Origin: Eledone cirrhosa
Taxonomy: Eukaryota
Assembly (NCBI GenBank): GCA_964016885.1
Contig: OZ024749.1
Location: 12,834,001 to 12,898,000 of the forward strand
DNA length: 64,000 nt
Direction: 5' to 3'
Every line of letters starts with the position of its first letter. Position 1 is the stretch's first letter. Position numbers and translations under genes: made by a program. Below the pieces are notes generated by a model that was given only the letters and a program-made list of their open reading frames with translations, did no database searches and was not told the origin of the DNA. Of this stretch, positions 14,501-29,529 are shown piece by piece.

Positions 14501-17500
14501 CCGGTCCTCGGCTGTCTTTAATAGAATCTAGTCCACTACACTGCTAGACATAAACCACCACCCAGTTTAACACCCCCATCCGGTCCTCGGCTGTCTTTAA
14601 TAGAATCTAGTCTACTACACTGCTAGACATAAACCACCACCCAGTTTAACACCCACATCCGGTCCTCGGCTGTCTTTAATAGAATCTAGTCCACTACACT
14701 GCTAGACATAAACCACCACCCAGTTTAACACCCCCATCCGGTCCTCGGCTGTCTTTAATAGAATCTAGTCCACTACACTGCTAGACATAAACCACCACCC
14801 AGTTTAACACCCCCATCCGGTCCTCGGCTGTCTTTAATAGAATCTAGTCCACTACACTGCTAGACATAAACCACCACCCAGTTTAACACCCCCATCTGGT
14901 CCTCGGCTGTCTTTAATAGAATCTAGTCCACTACACTGCTAGACATAAACCACCACCCAGTTTAACACCCCCATCCGGTCCTCGGCTGTCTTTAATAGAA
15001 TCTAGTCCACTACACTGCTAGACATAAACCACCACCCAGTTTAACACCCCCATCTGGTCCTCGGCTGTCTTTAATGGAATCTAGTCCACTACACTGCTAG
15101 ATATAAACCACCACCCAGTTTAACACCCCCATCTGGTCCTCGGCTGTCTTTAATAGAATCTAGTCCACTACACTGCTAGACATAAACCACCACCCAGTTT
15201 AACACCCCCATCTGGTCCTCGACTGTCTTTAATAGAATCTAGTCCACTACACTGCTAGACATAAACCACCACCCAGTTTAACACCCCCATCCGGTCCTCG
15301 GCTGTCTTTAATAGAATCTAGTCCACTACACTGCTAGACATAAACCACCACCCAGTTTAACACCCCCATCCGGTCCTCGGCTGTCTTTAATAGAATCTAG
15401 TCCACTACACTGCTAGACATAAACCACCACCCAGTTTAACACCCCCATCTGGTCCTCGGCTGTCTTTAATAGAATCTAGTCCACTACACTGCTAGACATA
15501 AACCACCACCCAGTTTAACACCCCCATCCGGTCCTCGGCTGTCTTTAATAGAATCTAGTCCACTACACTGCTAGACATAAACCACCACCCAGTTTAACAC
15601 CCCCATCTGGTCCTCGGCTGTCTTTAATAGAATCTAGTCCACTACACTGCTAGACATAAACCACCACCCAGTTTAACACCCCCATCCGGTCCTCGGCTGT
15701 CTTTAATAGAATCTAGTCCACTACACTGCTAGACATAAACCACCACCCAGTTTAACACCCCCATCTGGTCCTCGGCTGTCTTTAATGGAATCTAGTCCAC
15801 TACACTGCTAGACATAAACCACCACCCAGTTTAACACCCCCATCCGGTCCTCGGCTGTCTTTAATAGAATCTAGTCCACTACACTGCTAGACATAAACCA
15901 CCACCCAGTTTAACACCCCCATCTGGTCCTCGGCTGTCTTTAATAGAATCTAGTCCACTACACTGCTAGACATAAACCACCACCCAGTTTAACACCCCCA
16001 TCCGGTCCTCGGCTGTCTTTAATAGAATCTAGTCCACTACACTGCTAGACATAAACCACCACCCAGTTTAACACCCCCATCTGGTCCTTGGCTGTCTTTA
16101 ATGGAATCTAGTCCACTACACTGCTAGACATAAACCACCACCCAGTTTAACACCCCCATCTAGTCCTCGGCTGTCTTTAATAGAATCTAGTCCACTACAC
16201 TGCTAGACATAAACCACCACCCAGTTTAACACCCCCATCTGGTCCTCGGCAGTCTTTAATAGAATCTAGTCCACTACACAGCTAGACATAAACCACCACC
16301 CAGTTTAACACCCCCATCCTGTCCTCGGCTGTCTTTAATGGAATCTAGTCCACTACACTACTGGACATAAACCACCACCCAGTTTAACACCCCCATCTAG
16401 TCCTCGGCTGTCTTTAATAGAATCTTGTCCACTACACTGCTAGACATAAACCACCACCCAGTTTAACATCACCATCCGGTCCTCGGCTGTCTTTAATGGA
16501 ATCTAGTCCACTACACTGCTGGACATAAACCACCACCCAGTTTAACACCCCCATCTAGTCCTCGGCTGTCTTTAATAGAATCTAGTCCACTACACTGCTA
16601 GACATAAACCACCACCCTGTTTAACACCCCCATCTGGTCCTCGGCTGTCTTTAATGGAATCTAGTCCACTACACTGCTAGACATAAACCACCACCCAGTT
16701 TAACACCCCCATCTAGTCCTCGGCTGTCTTTAATAGAATCTAGTCCACTACACTGCTAGACATAAACCACCACCCAGTTTAACACACCCATCTGGTCCTC
16801 GGCTGTCTTTAAAAGAATCTAGTCCACTACACTGCTAGACATCAACCACCACCCAGTTTAACAACCCCATCTAGTCCTCGGCTGTCTTTAATGGAATCTA
16901 GTCCACTACACTGCTAGACATAAACCACCACCCTGTTTAACACCCCATCTAGTCCTCGGCTGTCTTTAATAGAATCTAGTCCACTACACTGCCAGACATA
17001 AACCACCACCCTGTTTAACACCCCCATCTGGTCCTCGGCTGGCTTTAATATAATCTAGTCCACTACACTGCCAGACATAAACCACCACCCAGTTTAACAC
17101 CCCCATCTAGTACTCGGCTGTCTTTAATGGAATCTAGTCCACTACACTGCTAGACATAAACCACCACCCAGTTTAACACCCCCATCTAGTCCTCGGCTGT
17201 CTTTAATAGAATCTAGTCCACTACACTGCTAGACATAAACCACCACCCAGTTTAACACCCCCATCTGCTCCTCGGCTGTCTTTAATAGAATCTAGTCCAC
17301 TACACTGCTAGACATAAACCACCACCCAGTTTAACACCCCCATCTAGTCCTCGGCTGTCTTTAATGGAATCTAGTCCACTACACTGCTAGACATAAACCA
17401 CCACCCAGTTTAACACCCCCATCTAGTCCTCGGCTGTCTTTAATAGAATCTAGTCCACTACACTGCTAGACATAAACCACCACCCAGTTTAACACCCCCA

Positions 17501-20500
17501 TCCGGTCCTCGGCTGTCTTTAATAGAATCTAGTCTACTACACTGCTAGACATAAACCACCACCCAGTTTAACACCCACATCCGGTCCTCGGCTGTCTTTA
17601 ATAGAATCTAGTCTACTACACTGCTAGACATAAACCACCACCCAGTTTAACACCCCCATCCGGTCCTCGGCTGTCTTTAATAGAATCTAGTCCACTACAC
17701 TGCTAGACATAAACCACCACCCAGTTTAACACCCCCATCCGGTCCTCGGCTGTCTTTAATAGAATCTAGTCCACTACACTGCTAGACATAAACCACCACC
17801 CAGTTTAACACCCCCATCTGGTCCTCGGCTGTCTTTAATAGAATCTAGTCCACTACACTGCTAGACATAAACCACCACCCAGTTTAACACCCCCATCCGG
17901 TCCTCGGCTGTCTTTAATAGAATCTAGTCCACTACACTGCTAGACATAAACCACCACCCAGTTTAACACCCCCATCTGGTCCTCGGCTGTCTTTAATGGA
18001 ATCTAGTCCACTACACTGCTAGATATAAACCACCACCCAGTTTAACACCCCCATCTGGTCCTCGGCTGTCTTTAATAGAATCTAGTCCACTACACTGCTA
18101 GACATAAACCACCACCCAGTTTAACACCCCCATCTGGTCCTCGACTGTCTTTAATAGAATCTAGTCCACTACACTGCTAGACATAAACCACCACCCAGTT
18201 TAACACCCCCATCCGGTCCTCGGCTGTCTTTAATAGAATCTAGTCCACTACACTGCTAGACATAAACCACCACCCAGTTTAACACCCCCATCCGGTCCTC
18301 GGCTGTCTTTAATAGAATCTAGTCCACTACACTGCTAGACATAAACCACCACCCAGTTTAACACCCCCATCTGGTCCTCGGCTGTCTTTAATAGAATCTA
18401 GTCCACTACACTGCTAGACATAAACCACCACCCAGTTTAACACCCCCATCCGGTCCTCGGCTGTCTTTAATAGAATCTAGTCCACTACACTGCTAGACAT
18501 AAACCACCACCCAGTTTAACACCCCCATCTGGTCCTCGGCTGTCTTTAATAGAATCTAGTCCACTACACTGCTAGACATAAACCACCACCCAGTTTAACA
18601 CCCCCATCCGGTCCTCGGCTGTCTTTAATAGAATCTAGTCCACTACACTGCTAGACATAAACCACCACCCAGTTTAACACCCCCATCTGGTCCTCGGCTG
18701 TCTTTAATGGAATCTAGTCCACTACACTGCTAGACATAAACCACCACCCAGTTTAACACCCCCATCCGGTCCTCGGCTGTCTTTAATAGAATCTAGTCCA
18801 CTACACTGCTAGACATAAACCACCACCCAGTTTAACACCCCCATCTGGTCCTCGGCTGTCTTTAATAGAATCTAGTCCACTACACTGCTAGACATAAACC
18901 ACCACCCAGTTTAACACCCCCATCCGGTCCTCGGCTGTCTTTAATAGAATCTAGTCCACTACACTGCTAGACATAAACCACCACCCAGTTTAACACCCCC
19001 ATCTGGTCCTCGGCTGTCTTTAATGGAATCTAGTCCACTACACTGCTAGACATAAACCACCACCCAGTTTAACACCCCCATCTAGTCCTCGGCTGTCTTT
19101 AATAGAATCTAGTCCACTACACTGCTAGACATAAACCACCACCCAGTTTAACACCCCCATCTGGTCCTCGGCAGTCTTTAATAGAATCTAGTCCACTACA
19201 CAGCTAGACATAAACCACCACCCAGTTTAACACCCCCATCCTGTCCTCGGCTGTCTTTAATGGAATCTAGTCCACTACACTACTGGACATAAACCACCAC
19301 CCAGTTTAACACCCCCATCTAGTCCTCGGCTGTCTTTAATAGAATCTTGTCCACTACACTGCTAGACATAAACCACCACCCAGTTTAACATCACCATCCG
19401 GTCCTCGGCTGTCTTTAATGGAATCTAGTCCACTACACTGCTGGACATAAACCACCACCCAGTTTAACACCCCCATCTAGTCCTCGGCTGTCTTTAATAG
19501 AATCTAGTCCACTACACTGCTAGACATAAACCACCACCCTGTTTAACACCCCCATCTGGTCCTCGGCTGTCTTTAATGGAATCTAGTCCACTACACTGCT
19601 AGACATAAACCACCACCCAGTTTAACACCCCCATCTAGTCCTCGGCTGTCTTTAATAGAATCTAGTCCACTACACTGCTAGACATAAACCACCACCCAGT
19701 TTAACACACCCATCTGGTCCTCGGCTGTCTTTAAAAGAATCTAGTCCACTACACTGCTAGACATCAACCACCACCCAGTTTAACAACCCCATCTAGTCCT
19801 CGGCTGTCTTTAATGGAATCTAGTCCACTACACTGCTAGACATAAACCACCACCCTGTTTAACACCCCATCTAGTCCTCGGCTGTCTTTAATAGAATCTA
19901 GTCCACTACACTGCCAGACATAAACCACCACCCTGTTTAACACCCCCATCTGGTCCTCGGCTGGCTTTAATATAATCTAGTCCACTACACTGCCAGACAT
20001 AAACCACCACCCAGTTTAACACCCCCATCTAGTACTCGGCTGTCTTTAATGGAATCTAGTCCACTACACTGCTAGACATAAACCACCACCCAGTTTAACA
20101 CCCCCATCTAGTCCTCGGCTGTCTTTAATAGAATCTAGTCCACTACACTGCTAGACATAAACCACCACCCAGTTTAACACCCCCATCTGCTCCTCGGCTG
20201 TCTTTAATAGAATCTAGTCCACTACACTGCTAGACATAAACCACCACCCAGTTTAACACCCCCATCTAGTCCTCGGCTGTCTTTAATGGAATCTAGTCCA
20301 CTACACTGCTAGACATAAACCACCACCCAGTTTAACACCCCCATCTAGTCCTCGGCTGTCTTTAATAGAATCTAGTCCACTACACTGCTAGACATAAACC
20401 ACCACCCAGTTTAACACCCCCATCTAGTCCTCGGCTGTCTTTAATGGAATCTAGTCCACTACACTGCTAGACATAAACCACCACCCAGTTTAACACCCCC

Positions 20501-23500
20501 ATCTAGTCCTCGGCTGTCTTTAATAGAATCTAGTCCACTACACTGCTAGACATAAACCACCACCCAGTTTAACACCCCCATCCGGTCCTCGGCTGTCTTT
20601 AATAGAATCTAGTCCACTACACTGCTAGACATAAACCACCACCCAGTTTAACACCCCCATCCGGTCCTCGGCTGTCTTTAATAGAATCTAGTCCACTACA
20701 CTGCTAGACATAAACCACCACCCAGTTTAACACCCCCATCCGGTCCTCGGCTGTCTTTAATAGAATCTAGTATACTACACTGCTAGACATAAACCACCAC
20801 CCAGTTTAACACCCCCATCCGGTCCTCGGCTGTCTTTAATAGAATCTAGTCTACTACACTGCTAGACATAAACCACCACCCAGTTTAACACCCCCATCCG
20901 GTCCTCGGCTGTCTTTAATAGAATCTAGTCCACTACACTGCTAGACATAAACCACCACCCAGTTTAACACCCCCATCCGGTCCTCGGCTGTCTTTAATAG
21001 AATCTAGTCCACTACACTGCTAGACATAAACCACCACCCAGTTTAACACCCCCATCCGGTCCTCGGCTGTCTTTAATAGAATCTAGTCCACTACACTGCT
21101 AGACATAAACCACCACCCAGTTTAACACCCCCATCTGGTCCTCGGCTGTCTTTAATAGAATCTAGTCCACTACACTGCTAGACATAAACCACCACCCAGT
21201 TTAACACCCCCATCCGGTCCTCGGCTGTCTTTAATAGAATCTAGTCCACTACACTGCTAGACATAAACCACCACCCAGTTTAACACCCCCATCCGGTCCT
21301 CGGCTGTCTTTAATAGAATCTAGTCCACTACACTGCTAGACATAAACCACCACCCAGTTTAACACCCCCGTCTGGTCCTCGGCTGTCTTTAATGGAATCT
21401 AGTCCACTACACTGCTAGATATAAACCACCACCCAGTTTAACACCCCCATCTGGTCCTCGGCTGTCTTTAATAGAATCTAGTCCACTACACTGCTAGACA
21501 TAAACCACCACCCAGTTTAACACCCCCATCTGGTCCTCGACTGTCTTTAATAGAATCTAGTCCACTACACTGCTAGACATAAACCACCACCCAGTTTAAC
21601 ACCCCCATCCGGTCCTCGGCTGTCTTTAATAGAATCTAGTCCACTACACTGCTAGACATAAACCACCACCCAGTTTAACACCCCCATCCGGTCCTCGGCT
21701 GTCTTTAATAGAATCTAGTCCACTACACTGCTAGACATAAACCACCACCCAGTTTAACACCCCCATCTGGTCCTCGGCTGTCTTTAATAGAATCTAGTCC
21801 ACTACACTGCTAGACATAAACCACCACCCAGTTTAACACCCCCATCCGGTCCTCGGCTGTCTTTAATAGAATCTAGTCCACTACACTGCTAGACATAAAC
21901 CACCACCCAGTTTAACACCCCCATCTGGTCCTCGGCTGTCTTTAATAGAATCTAGTCCACTACACTGCTAGACATAAACCACCACCCAGTTTAACACCCC
22001 CATCCGGTCCTCGGCTGTCTTTAATAGAATCTAGTCCACTACACTGCTAGACATAAACCACCACCCAGTTTAACACCCCCATCTGGTCCTCGGCTGTCTT
22101 TAATGGAATCTAGTCCACTACACTGCTAGACATAAACCACCACCCAGTTTAACACCCCCATCCGGTCCTCGGCTGTCTTTAATAGAATCTAGTCCACTAC
22201 ACTGCTAGACATAAACCACCACCCAGTTTAACACCCCCATCTGGTCCTCGGCTGTCTTTAATAGAATCTAGTCCACTACACTGCTAGACATAAACCACCA
22301 CCCAGTTTAACACCCCCATCCGGTCCTCGGCTGTCTTTAATAGAATCTAGTCCACTACACTGCTAGACATAAACCACCACCCAGTTTAACACCCCCATCT
22401 GGTCCTCGGCTGTCTTTAATGGAATCTAGTCCACTACACTGCTAGACATAAACCACCACCCAGTTTAACACCCCCATCTAGTCCTCGGCTGTCTTTAATA
22501 GAATCTAGTCCACTACACTGCTAGACATAAACCACCACACAGTTTAACACCCCCATCTGGTCCTCGGCAGTCTTTAATAGAATCTAGTCCACTACACAGC
22601 TAGACATAAACAACCACCCAGTTTAACACCCCCATCCTGTCCTCGGCTGTCTTTAATGGAATCTAGTCCACTACACTACTGGACATAAACCACCACCCAG
22701 TTTAACACCCCCATCTAGTCCTCGGCTGTCTTTAATAGAATCTTGTCCACTACACTGCTAGACATAAACCACCACCCAGTTTAACATCACCATCCGGTCC
22801 TCGGCTGTCTTTAATGGAATCTAGTCCACTACACTGCTGGACATAAACCACCACCCAGTTTAACACCCCCATCTAGTCCTCGGCTGTCTTTAATAGAATC
22901 TAGTCCACTACACTGCTAGACATAAACCACCACCCTGTTTAACACCCCCATCTGGTCCTCGGCTGTCTTTAATGGAATCTAGTCCACTACACTGCTAGAC
23001 ATAAACCACCACGCAGTTTAACACCCCCATCTAGTCCTCGGCTGTCTTTAATAGAATCTAGTCCACTACACTGCTAGACATAAACCACCACCCAGTTTAA
23101 CACACCCATCTGGTCCTCGGCTGTCTTTAAAAGAATCTAGTCCACTACACTGCTAGACATCAACCACCACCCAGTTTAACAACCCCATCTAGTCCTCGGC
23201 TGTCTTTAATGGAATCTAGTCCACTACACTGCTAGACATAAACCACCACCCTGTTTAACACCCCATCTAGTCCTCGGCTGTCTTTAATAGAATCTAGTCC
23301 ACTACACTGCCAGACATAAACCACCACCCTGTTTAACACCCCCATCTGGTCCTCGGCTGGCTTTAATATAATCTAGTCCACTACACTGCCAGACATAAAC
23401 CACCACCCAGTTTAACACCCCCATCTAGTACTCGGCTGTCTTTAATGGAATCTAGTCCACTACACTGCTAGACATAAACCACCACCCAGTTTAACACCCC

Positions 23501-25900
23501 CATCTAGTCCTCGGCTGTCTTTAATAGAATCTAGTCCACTACACTGCTAGACATAAACCACCACCCAGTTTAACACCCCCATCTGCTCCTCGGCTGTCTT
23601 TAATAGAATCTAGTCCACTACACTGCTAGACATAAACCACCACCCAGTTTAACACCCCCATCTAGTCCTCGGCTGTCTTTAATGGAATCTAGTCCACTAC
23701 ACTGCTAGACATAAACCACCACCCAGTTTAACACCCCCATCTAGTCCTCGGCTGTCTTTAATAGAATCTAGTCCACTACACTGCTAGACATAAACCACCA
23801 CCCAGTTTAACACCCCCATCTAGTCCTCGGCTGTCTTTAATGGAATCTAGTCCACTACACTGCTAGACATAAACCACCACCCAGTTTAACACCCCCATCT
23901 AGTCCTCGGCTGTCTTTAATAGAATCTAGTCCACTACACTGCTAGACATAAACCACCACCCAGTTTAACACCCCCATCCGGTCCTCGGCTGTCTTTAATA
24001 GAATCTAGTCCACTACACTGCTAGACATAAACCACCACCCAGTTTAACACCCCCATCCGGTCCTCGGCTGTCTTTAATAGAATCTAGTCCACTACACTGC
24101 TAGACATAAACCACCACCCAGTTTAACACCCCCATCCGGTCCTCGGCTGTCTTTAATAGAATCTAGTATACTACACTGCTAGACATAAACCACCACCCAG
24201 TTTAACACCCCCATCCGGTCCTCGGCTGTCTTTAATAGAATCTAGTCTACTACACTGCTAGACATAAACCACCACCCAGTTTAACACCCCCATCCGGTCC
24301 TCGGCTGTCTTTAATAGAATCTAGTCCACTACACTGCTAGACATAAACCACCACCCAGTTTAACACCCCCATCCGGTCCTCGGCTGTCTTTAATAGAATC
24401 TAGTCCACTACTCTGCTAGACATAAACCACCACCCAGTTTAACACCCCCATCCGGTCCTCGGCTGTCTTTAATAGAATCTAGTCCACTACACTGCTAGAC
24501 ATAAACCACCACCCAGTTTAACACCCCCATCTGGTCCTCGGCTGTCTTTAATAGAATCTAGTCCACTACACTGCTAGACATAAACCACCACCCAGTTTAA
24601 CACCCCCATCCGGTCCTCGGCTGTCTTTAATAGAATCTAGTCCACTACACTGCTAGACATAAACCACCACCCAGTTTAACACCCCCATCTGGTCCTCGGC
24701 TGTCTTTAATGGAATCTAGTCCACTACACTGCTAGATATAAACCACCACCCAGTTTAACACCCCCATCTGGTCCTCGGCTGTCTTTAATAGAATCTAGTC
24801 CACTACACTGCTAGACATAAACCACCACCCAGTTTAACACCCCCATCTGGTCCTCGACTGTCTTTAATAGAATCTAGTCCACTACACTGCTAGACATAAA
24901 CCACCACCCAGTTTAACACCCCCATCCGGTCCTCGGCTGTCTTTAATAGAATCTAGTCCACTACACTGCTAGACATAAACCACCACCCAGTTTAACACCC
25001 CCATCCGGTCCTCGGCTGTCTTTAATAGAATCTAGTCCACTACACTGCTAGACATAAACCACCACCCAGTTTAACACCCCCATCTGGTCCTCGGCTGTCT
25101 TTAATAGAATCTAGTCCACTACACTGCTAGACATAAACCACCACCCAGTTTAACACCCCCATCCGGTCCTCGGCTGTCTTTAATAGAATCTAGTCCACTA
25201 CACTGCTAGACATAAACCACCACCCAGTTTAACACCCCCATCTGGTCCTCGGCTGTCTTTAATAGAATCTAGTCCACTACACTGCTAGACATAAACCACC
25301 ACCCAGTTTAACACCCCCATCCGGTCCTCGGCTGTCTTTAATAGAATCTAGTCCACTACACTGCTAGACATAAACCACCACCCAGTTTAACACCCCCATC
25401 CGGTCCTCGGCTGTCTTTAATAGAATCTAGTCCACTACACTGCTAGACATAAACCACCACCCAGTTTAACACCCCCATCTGGTCCTCGGCTGTCTTTAAT
25501 AGAATCTAGTCCACTACACTGCTAGACATAAACCACCACCCAGTTTAACACCCCCATCCGGTCCTCGGCTGTCTTTAATAGAATCTAGTCCACTACACTG
25601 CTAGACATAAACCACCACCCAGTTTAACACCCCCATCTGGTCCTCGGCTGTCTTTAATAGAATCTAGTCCACTATACTGCTAGACATAAACCACCACCCA
25701 GTTTAACACCCCCATCCGGTCCTCGGCTGTCTTTAATAGAATCTAGTCCACTACACTGCTAGACATAAACCACTACCCAGTTTAACACCCCCATCCGGTC
25801 CTCGGCTGTCTTTAATAGAATCTAGTCCACTACACTGCTAGACATAAACCACCACCCAGTTTAACACCCCCATCCGGTCCTCGGCTGTCTTTAATAGAAT
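8570..25900. repeat. HOR family 1: five tandem copies of a variable-length unit of 37-47 monomers (2.9-3.7 kb)
   Basis: Marker GGCAGTC at 9303, 13014, 16251, 19173, 22569, with spacings 3711, 3237, 2922, 3396 (47, 41, 37, 43 monomers minus deletions). Each is followed in order by ACAGCTAG, CATCCTG, ACTACTGGAC, AATCTTG, ATCACC, ACACACCC+AAAAG, ACATCAAC+ACAACCC, a C4 deletion, GCCAG+GCTGGC+AATATAAT, AGTACTC, then a CCGG-rich tail. Boundaries are approximate. Confidence 0.92.
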
Positions 25901-28900
25901 CTAGTCTACTACACTGCTAGACATAAGCCACCACCCAGTTTAACACACCCATCTAGTCCTCGGCTGTCTTTAATGGAATCTAGTCCACTACACTGCTAGA
26001 CATAAACCACCACCCAGTTTAACACCCCCATCTGCTCCTCGGCTGTCTTTAATAGAATCTAGTCCACTACACTGCTAGACATAAACCACCACCCTGTTTA
26101 ACACCCCCATCTGGTCCTCGGCTGTCTTTAATGGAATCTAGTCCACTACACTGCTAGACATAAACCACCACCCTGTTTAACACCCCCATCTGGTCCTCGG
26201 CTGTCTTTAATGGAATCTAGTGCACTACACTGCTAGATATAAACCACCACCCAGTTTAACACCCCCATCTGGTCCTCGGCTGTCTTTAATAGAATCTAGT
26301 CCACTACACTGCTAGACATAAACCACCACCCAGTTTAACACCCCCATCTAGTCCTCGGCTGTCTTTAATGGAATCTAGTCCACTACACTGCTAGATATAA
26401 ACCACCACCCAGTTTAACACCCCCATCTGGTCCTCGGCTGTCTTTAATAGAATCTAGTGCACTACACTGCTAGATATAAACCACCACCCAGTTTAACACC
26501 CCCATCTGGTCCTCGGCTGTCTTTAATAGAATCTAGTCCACTACACTGCTAGACATAAACCACCACCCAGTTTAACACCCCCATCTAGTCCTCGGCTGTC
26601 TTTAATGGAATCTAGTCCACTACACTGCTAGATATAAACCACCACCCAGTTTAACACCCCCATCTGGTCCTCGGCTGTCTTTAATGGAATCTAGTGCACT
26701 ACACTGCTAGATATAAACCACCACCCAGTTTAACACCCCCATCTGGTCCTCGGCTGTCTTTAATAGAATCTAGTCCACTACACTGCTAGACATAAACCAC
26801 CACCCAGTTTAACACCCCCATCTGGTCCTCGGCTGTCTTTAATAGAATCTAGTCCACTACACTGCTAGACATAAACCACCACCCAGTTTAACACCCCCAT
26901 CTGGTCCTCGGCTGTCTTTAATGGAATCTAGTCCACTACACTGCTAGACATAAACCACCACCCAGTTTAACACCCCCATCTAGTCCTCGGCTGTCTTTAA
27001 TGGAATCTAGTCCACTACACTGCTAGACATAAACGACCACCCAGTTTAACACCCCCATCTGGTCCTCGGCTGTCTTTAATAGAATCTAGTCCACTACACT
27101 GCTAGACATAAACCACCACCCAGTTTAACACCCCCATCTGGTCCTCGGCTGTCTTTAATGGAATCTAGTCCACTACACTGCTAGACATAAACCACCACCC
27201 AGTTTAACACCCCCATCCCGTCCTCGGCTGTCTTTAATAGAATCTAGTCCACTACACTGCTAGACATAAACCACCACCCAGTGTAACACCCCCATCTAGT
27301 CCTCGGCTGTCTTTCATAGAATCTAGTCCACTACACTGCTAGACATAAACCACCACCCAGTTTAACACCCCCATCTGGTCCTCGGCTGTCTTTCATGGAA
27401 TCTAGTCCACTACACTGCTAGACATAAACCACCACCCAGTTTAACACCCCCATCTAGTCCTCGGCTGTCTTTAATAGAATCTAGTCCACTACACTGCTAG
27501 ACATAAACCACCACCCAGTTTAACACACCCATCTGGTCCTCGGCTGTCTTTAAAAGAATCTAGTCCACTACACTGCTAGACATCAACCACCACCCAGTTT
27601 AACACCCCCATCTAGTCCTCGGCTGTCTTTAATGGAATCTAGTCCACTACACTGCTAGACATAAACCACCACCCTGTTTAACACCCCATCTAGTCCTCGG
27701 CTGTCTTTAATAGAATCTAGTCCACTACACTGCCAGACATAAACCACCACCCTGTTTAACACCCCCATCTGGTCCTCGGCTGGCTTTAATAGAATCTAGT
27801 CCACTACACTGCTAGACGTAAACCACCACCCTGTTTAACACCCCCATCTGGTCCTCGGCTGTCTTTAATAGAATCTAGTCCACTACACTGCTAGACATAA
27901 ACCACCACCCAGTTTAACACCCCCATCTAGTCCTCGGCTGTCTTTAATAGAATCTAGTCCACTACACTGCTAGACATAAACCACCACCCAGTTTAACACA
28001 CCCATCTGGTCCTCGGCTGTCTTTAAAAGAATCTAGTCCACTACACTGCTAGACATCAACAACCACCCAGTTTAACACCCCCATCTAGTCCTCGGCTGTC
28101 TTTAATAGAATCTAGTCCACTACACTGCTAGACATAAACCACCACCCAGTTTAACACACCCATCTGGTCCTCGGCTGTCTTTAAAAGAATCTAGTCCACT
28201 ACACTGCTAGACATAAACCACCACCCTGTTTAACACCCCATCTAGTCCTCGGCTGTCTTTAATAGAATCTAGTCCACTACACTGCCAGACATAAACCACC
28301 ACCCTGTTTAACACCCCCATCTGGTCCTCGGCTGGCTTTAATAGAATCTAGTCCACTACACTGCCAGACATAAACCACCACCCTGTTTAACACCCCCATC
28401 TGGTCCTCGGCTGGCTTTAATAGAATCTAGTCCACGACACTGCTAGACATAAACCACCACCCTGTTTAACACCCCCATCTGGTCCTCGGCTGGCTTTAAT
28501 AGAATCTAGTCCACTACACTGCTAGTCATAAACCACCACCCTGTTTAACACCCCATCTAGTCCTCGGCTGTCTTTAATGGAATCTAGTCCACTACACTGC
28601 TAGACATAAACCACCACCCAGTTTAACACCCCCATCTGCTCCTCGCCTGTCTTTAATAGAATCTAGTCCACTACACTGCTAGACATAAACCACCACCCAG
28701 TTTAACACCCTCATCTAGTCCTCGGCTGTCTTTAATGGAATCTAGTCCACTACACTGCTAGACATAAACCACCACCCAGTTTAACACCCCCATCTGGTCC
28801 TCGGCTGTCTTTAATGGAATCTAGTCCACTACACTGCTAGATATAAACCACCATCCAGTTTAACACCCCCATCTGGTCCTCGGCTGTCTTTAATAGAATC

Positions 28901-29529
28901 TAGTCTACAACACTGCTAGACATAAACCACCACCCAGTATAACACCCCCATCTGGTCCTCGGCTGTCTTTAATGGAATCTAGTCCACTACACTGCTAGAC
29001 ATAAACCACCACCCAGTTTAACACCCCCATCTAGTCCTCGGCTGTCTTTAATAGAATCTAGTCCACTACACTGCTGGACATAAACCACCACCCAGTGTAA
29101 CACCCCATCTGGTCCTCGGCTGTCTTTAATGGAATCTAGTCCACTACACTGCTAGACATAAACCACCACACAGTTTAACACCCCCATCCCGTCCTCGGTT
29201 GTCTTTAATAGAATCTAGTCCACTACACTGCTAGACATAAACCACCACCCAGTTTAACACCCCCATCTAGTCCTCGGCTGTCTTTAATAGAATCTAGTCC
29301 ACTACACTGCTAGACATAAACCACCACCCAGTTTAACACCCCCATCTGGTCCTCGGCTGTCTTTAATGGAACCTAGTCCACTACACTGCTAGACATAAAC
29401 CACCACCCAGTTTAACACCCCCATCTAGTCCTCGGCTGTCTTTAATAGAATCTAGTCCACTACACTGCTGGACATAAACCACCACCCAGTTTAACACCCC
29501 CATCTAGTCCTCGGCTGTCTTTAATAGAA

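Noticed and set aside
8490-29110. C5->C4 deletions as homopolymer sequencing errors
   Set aside because: Nine of the eleven occur in the same haplotype and mostly at the same HOR position, which indicates inheritance. Only the singletons near 5652, 29103 and 50143 could be errors.
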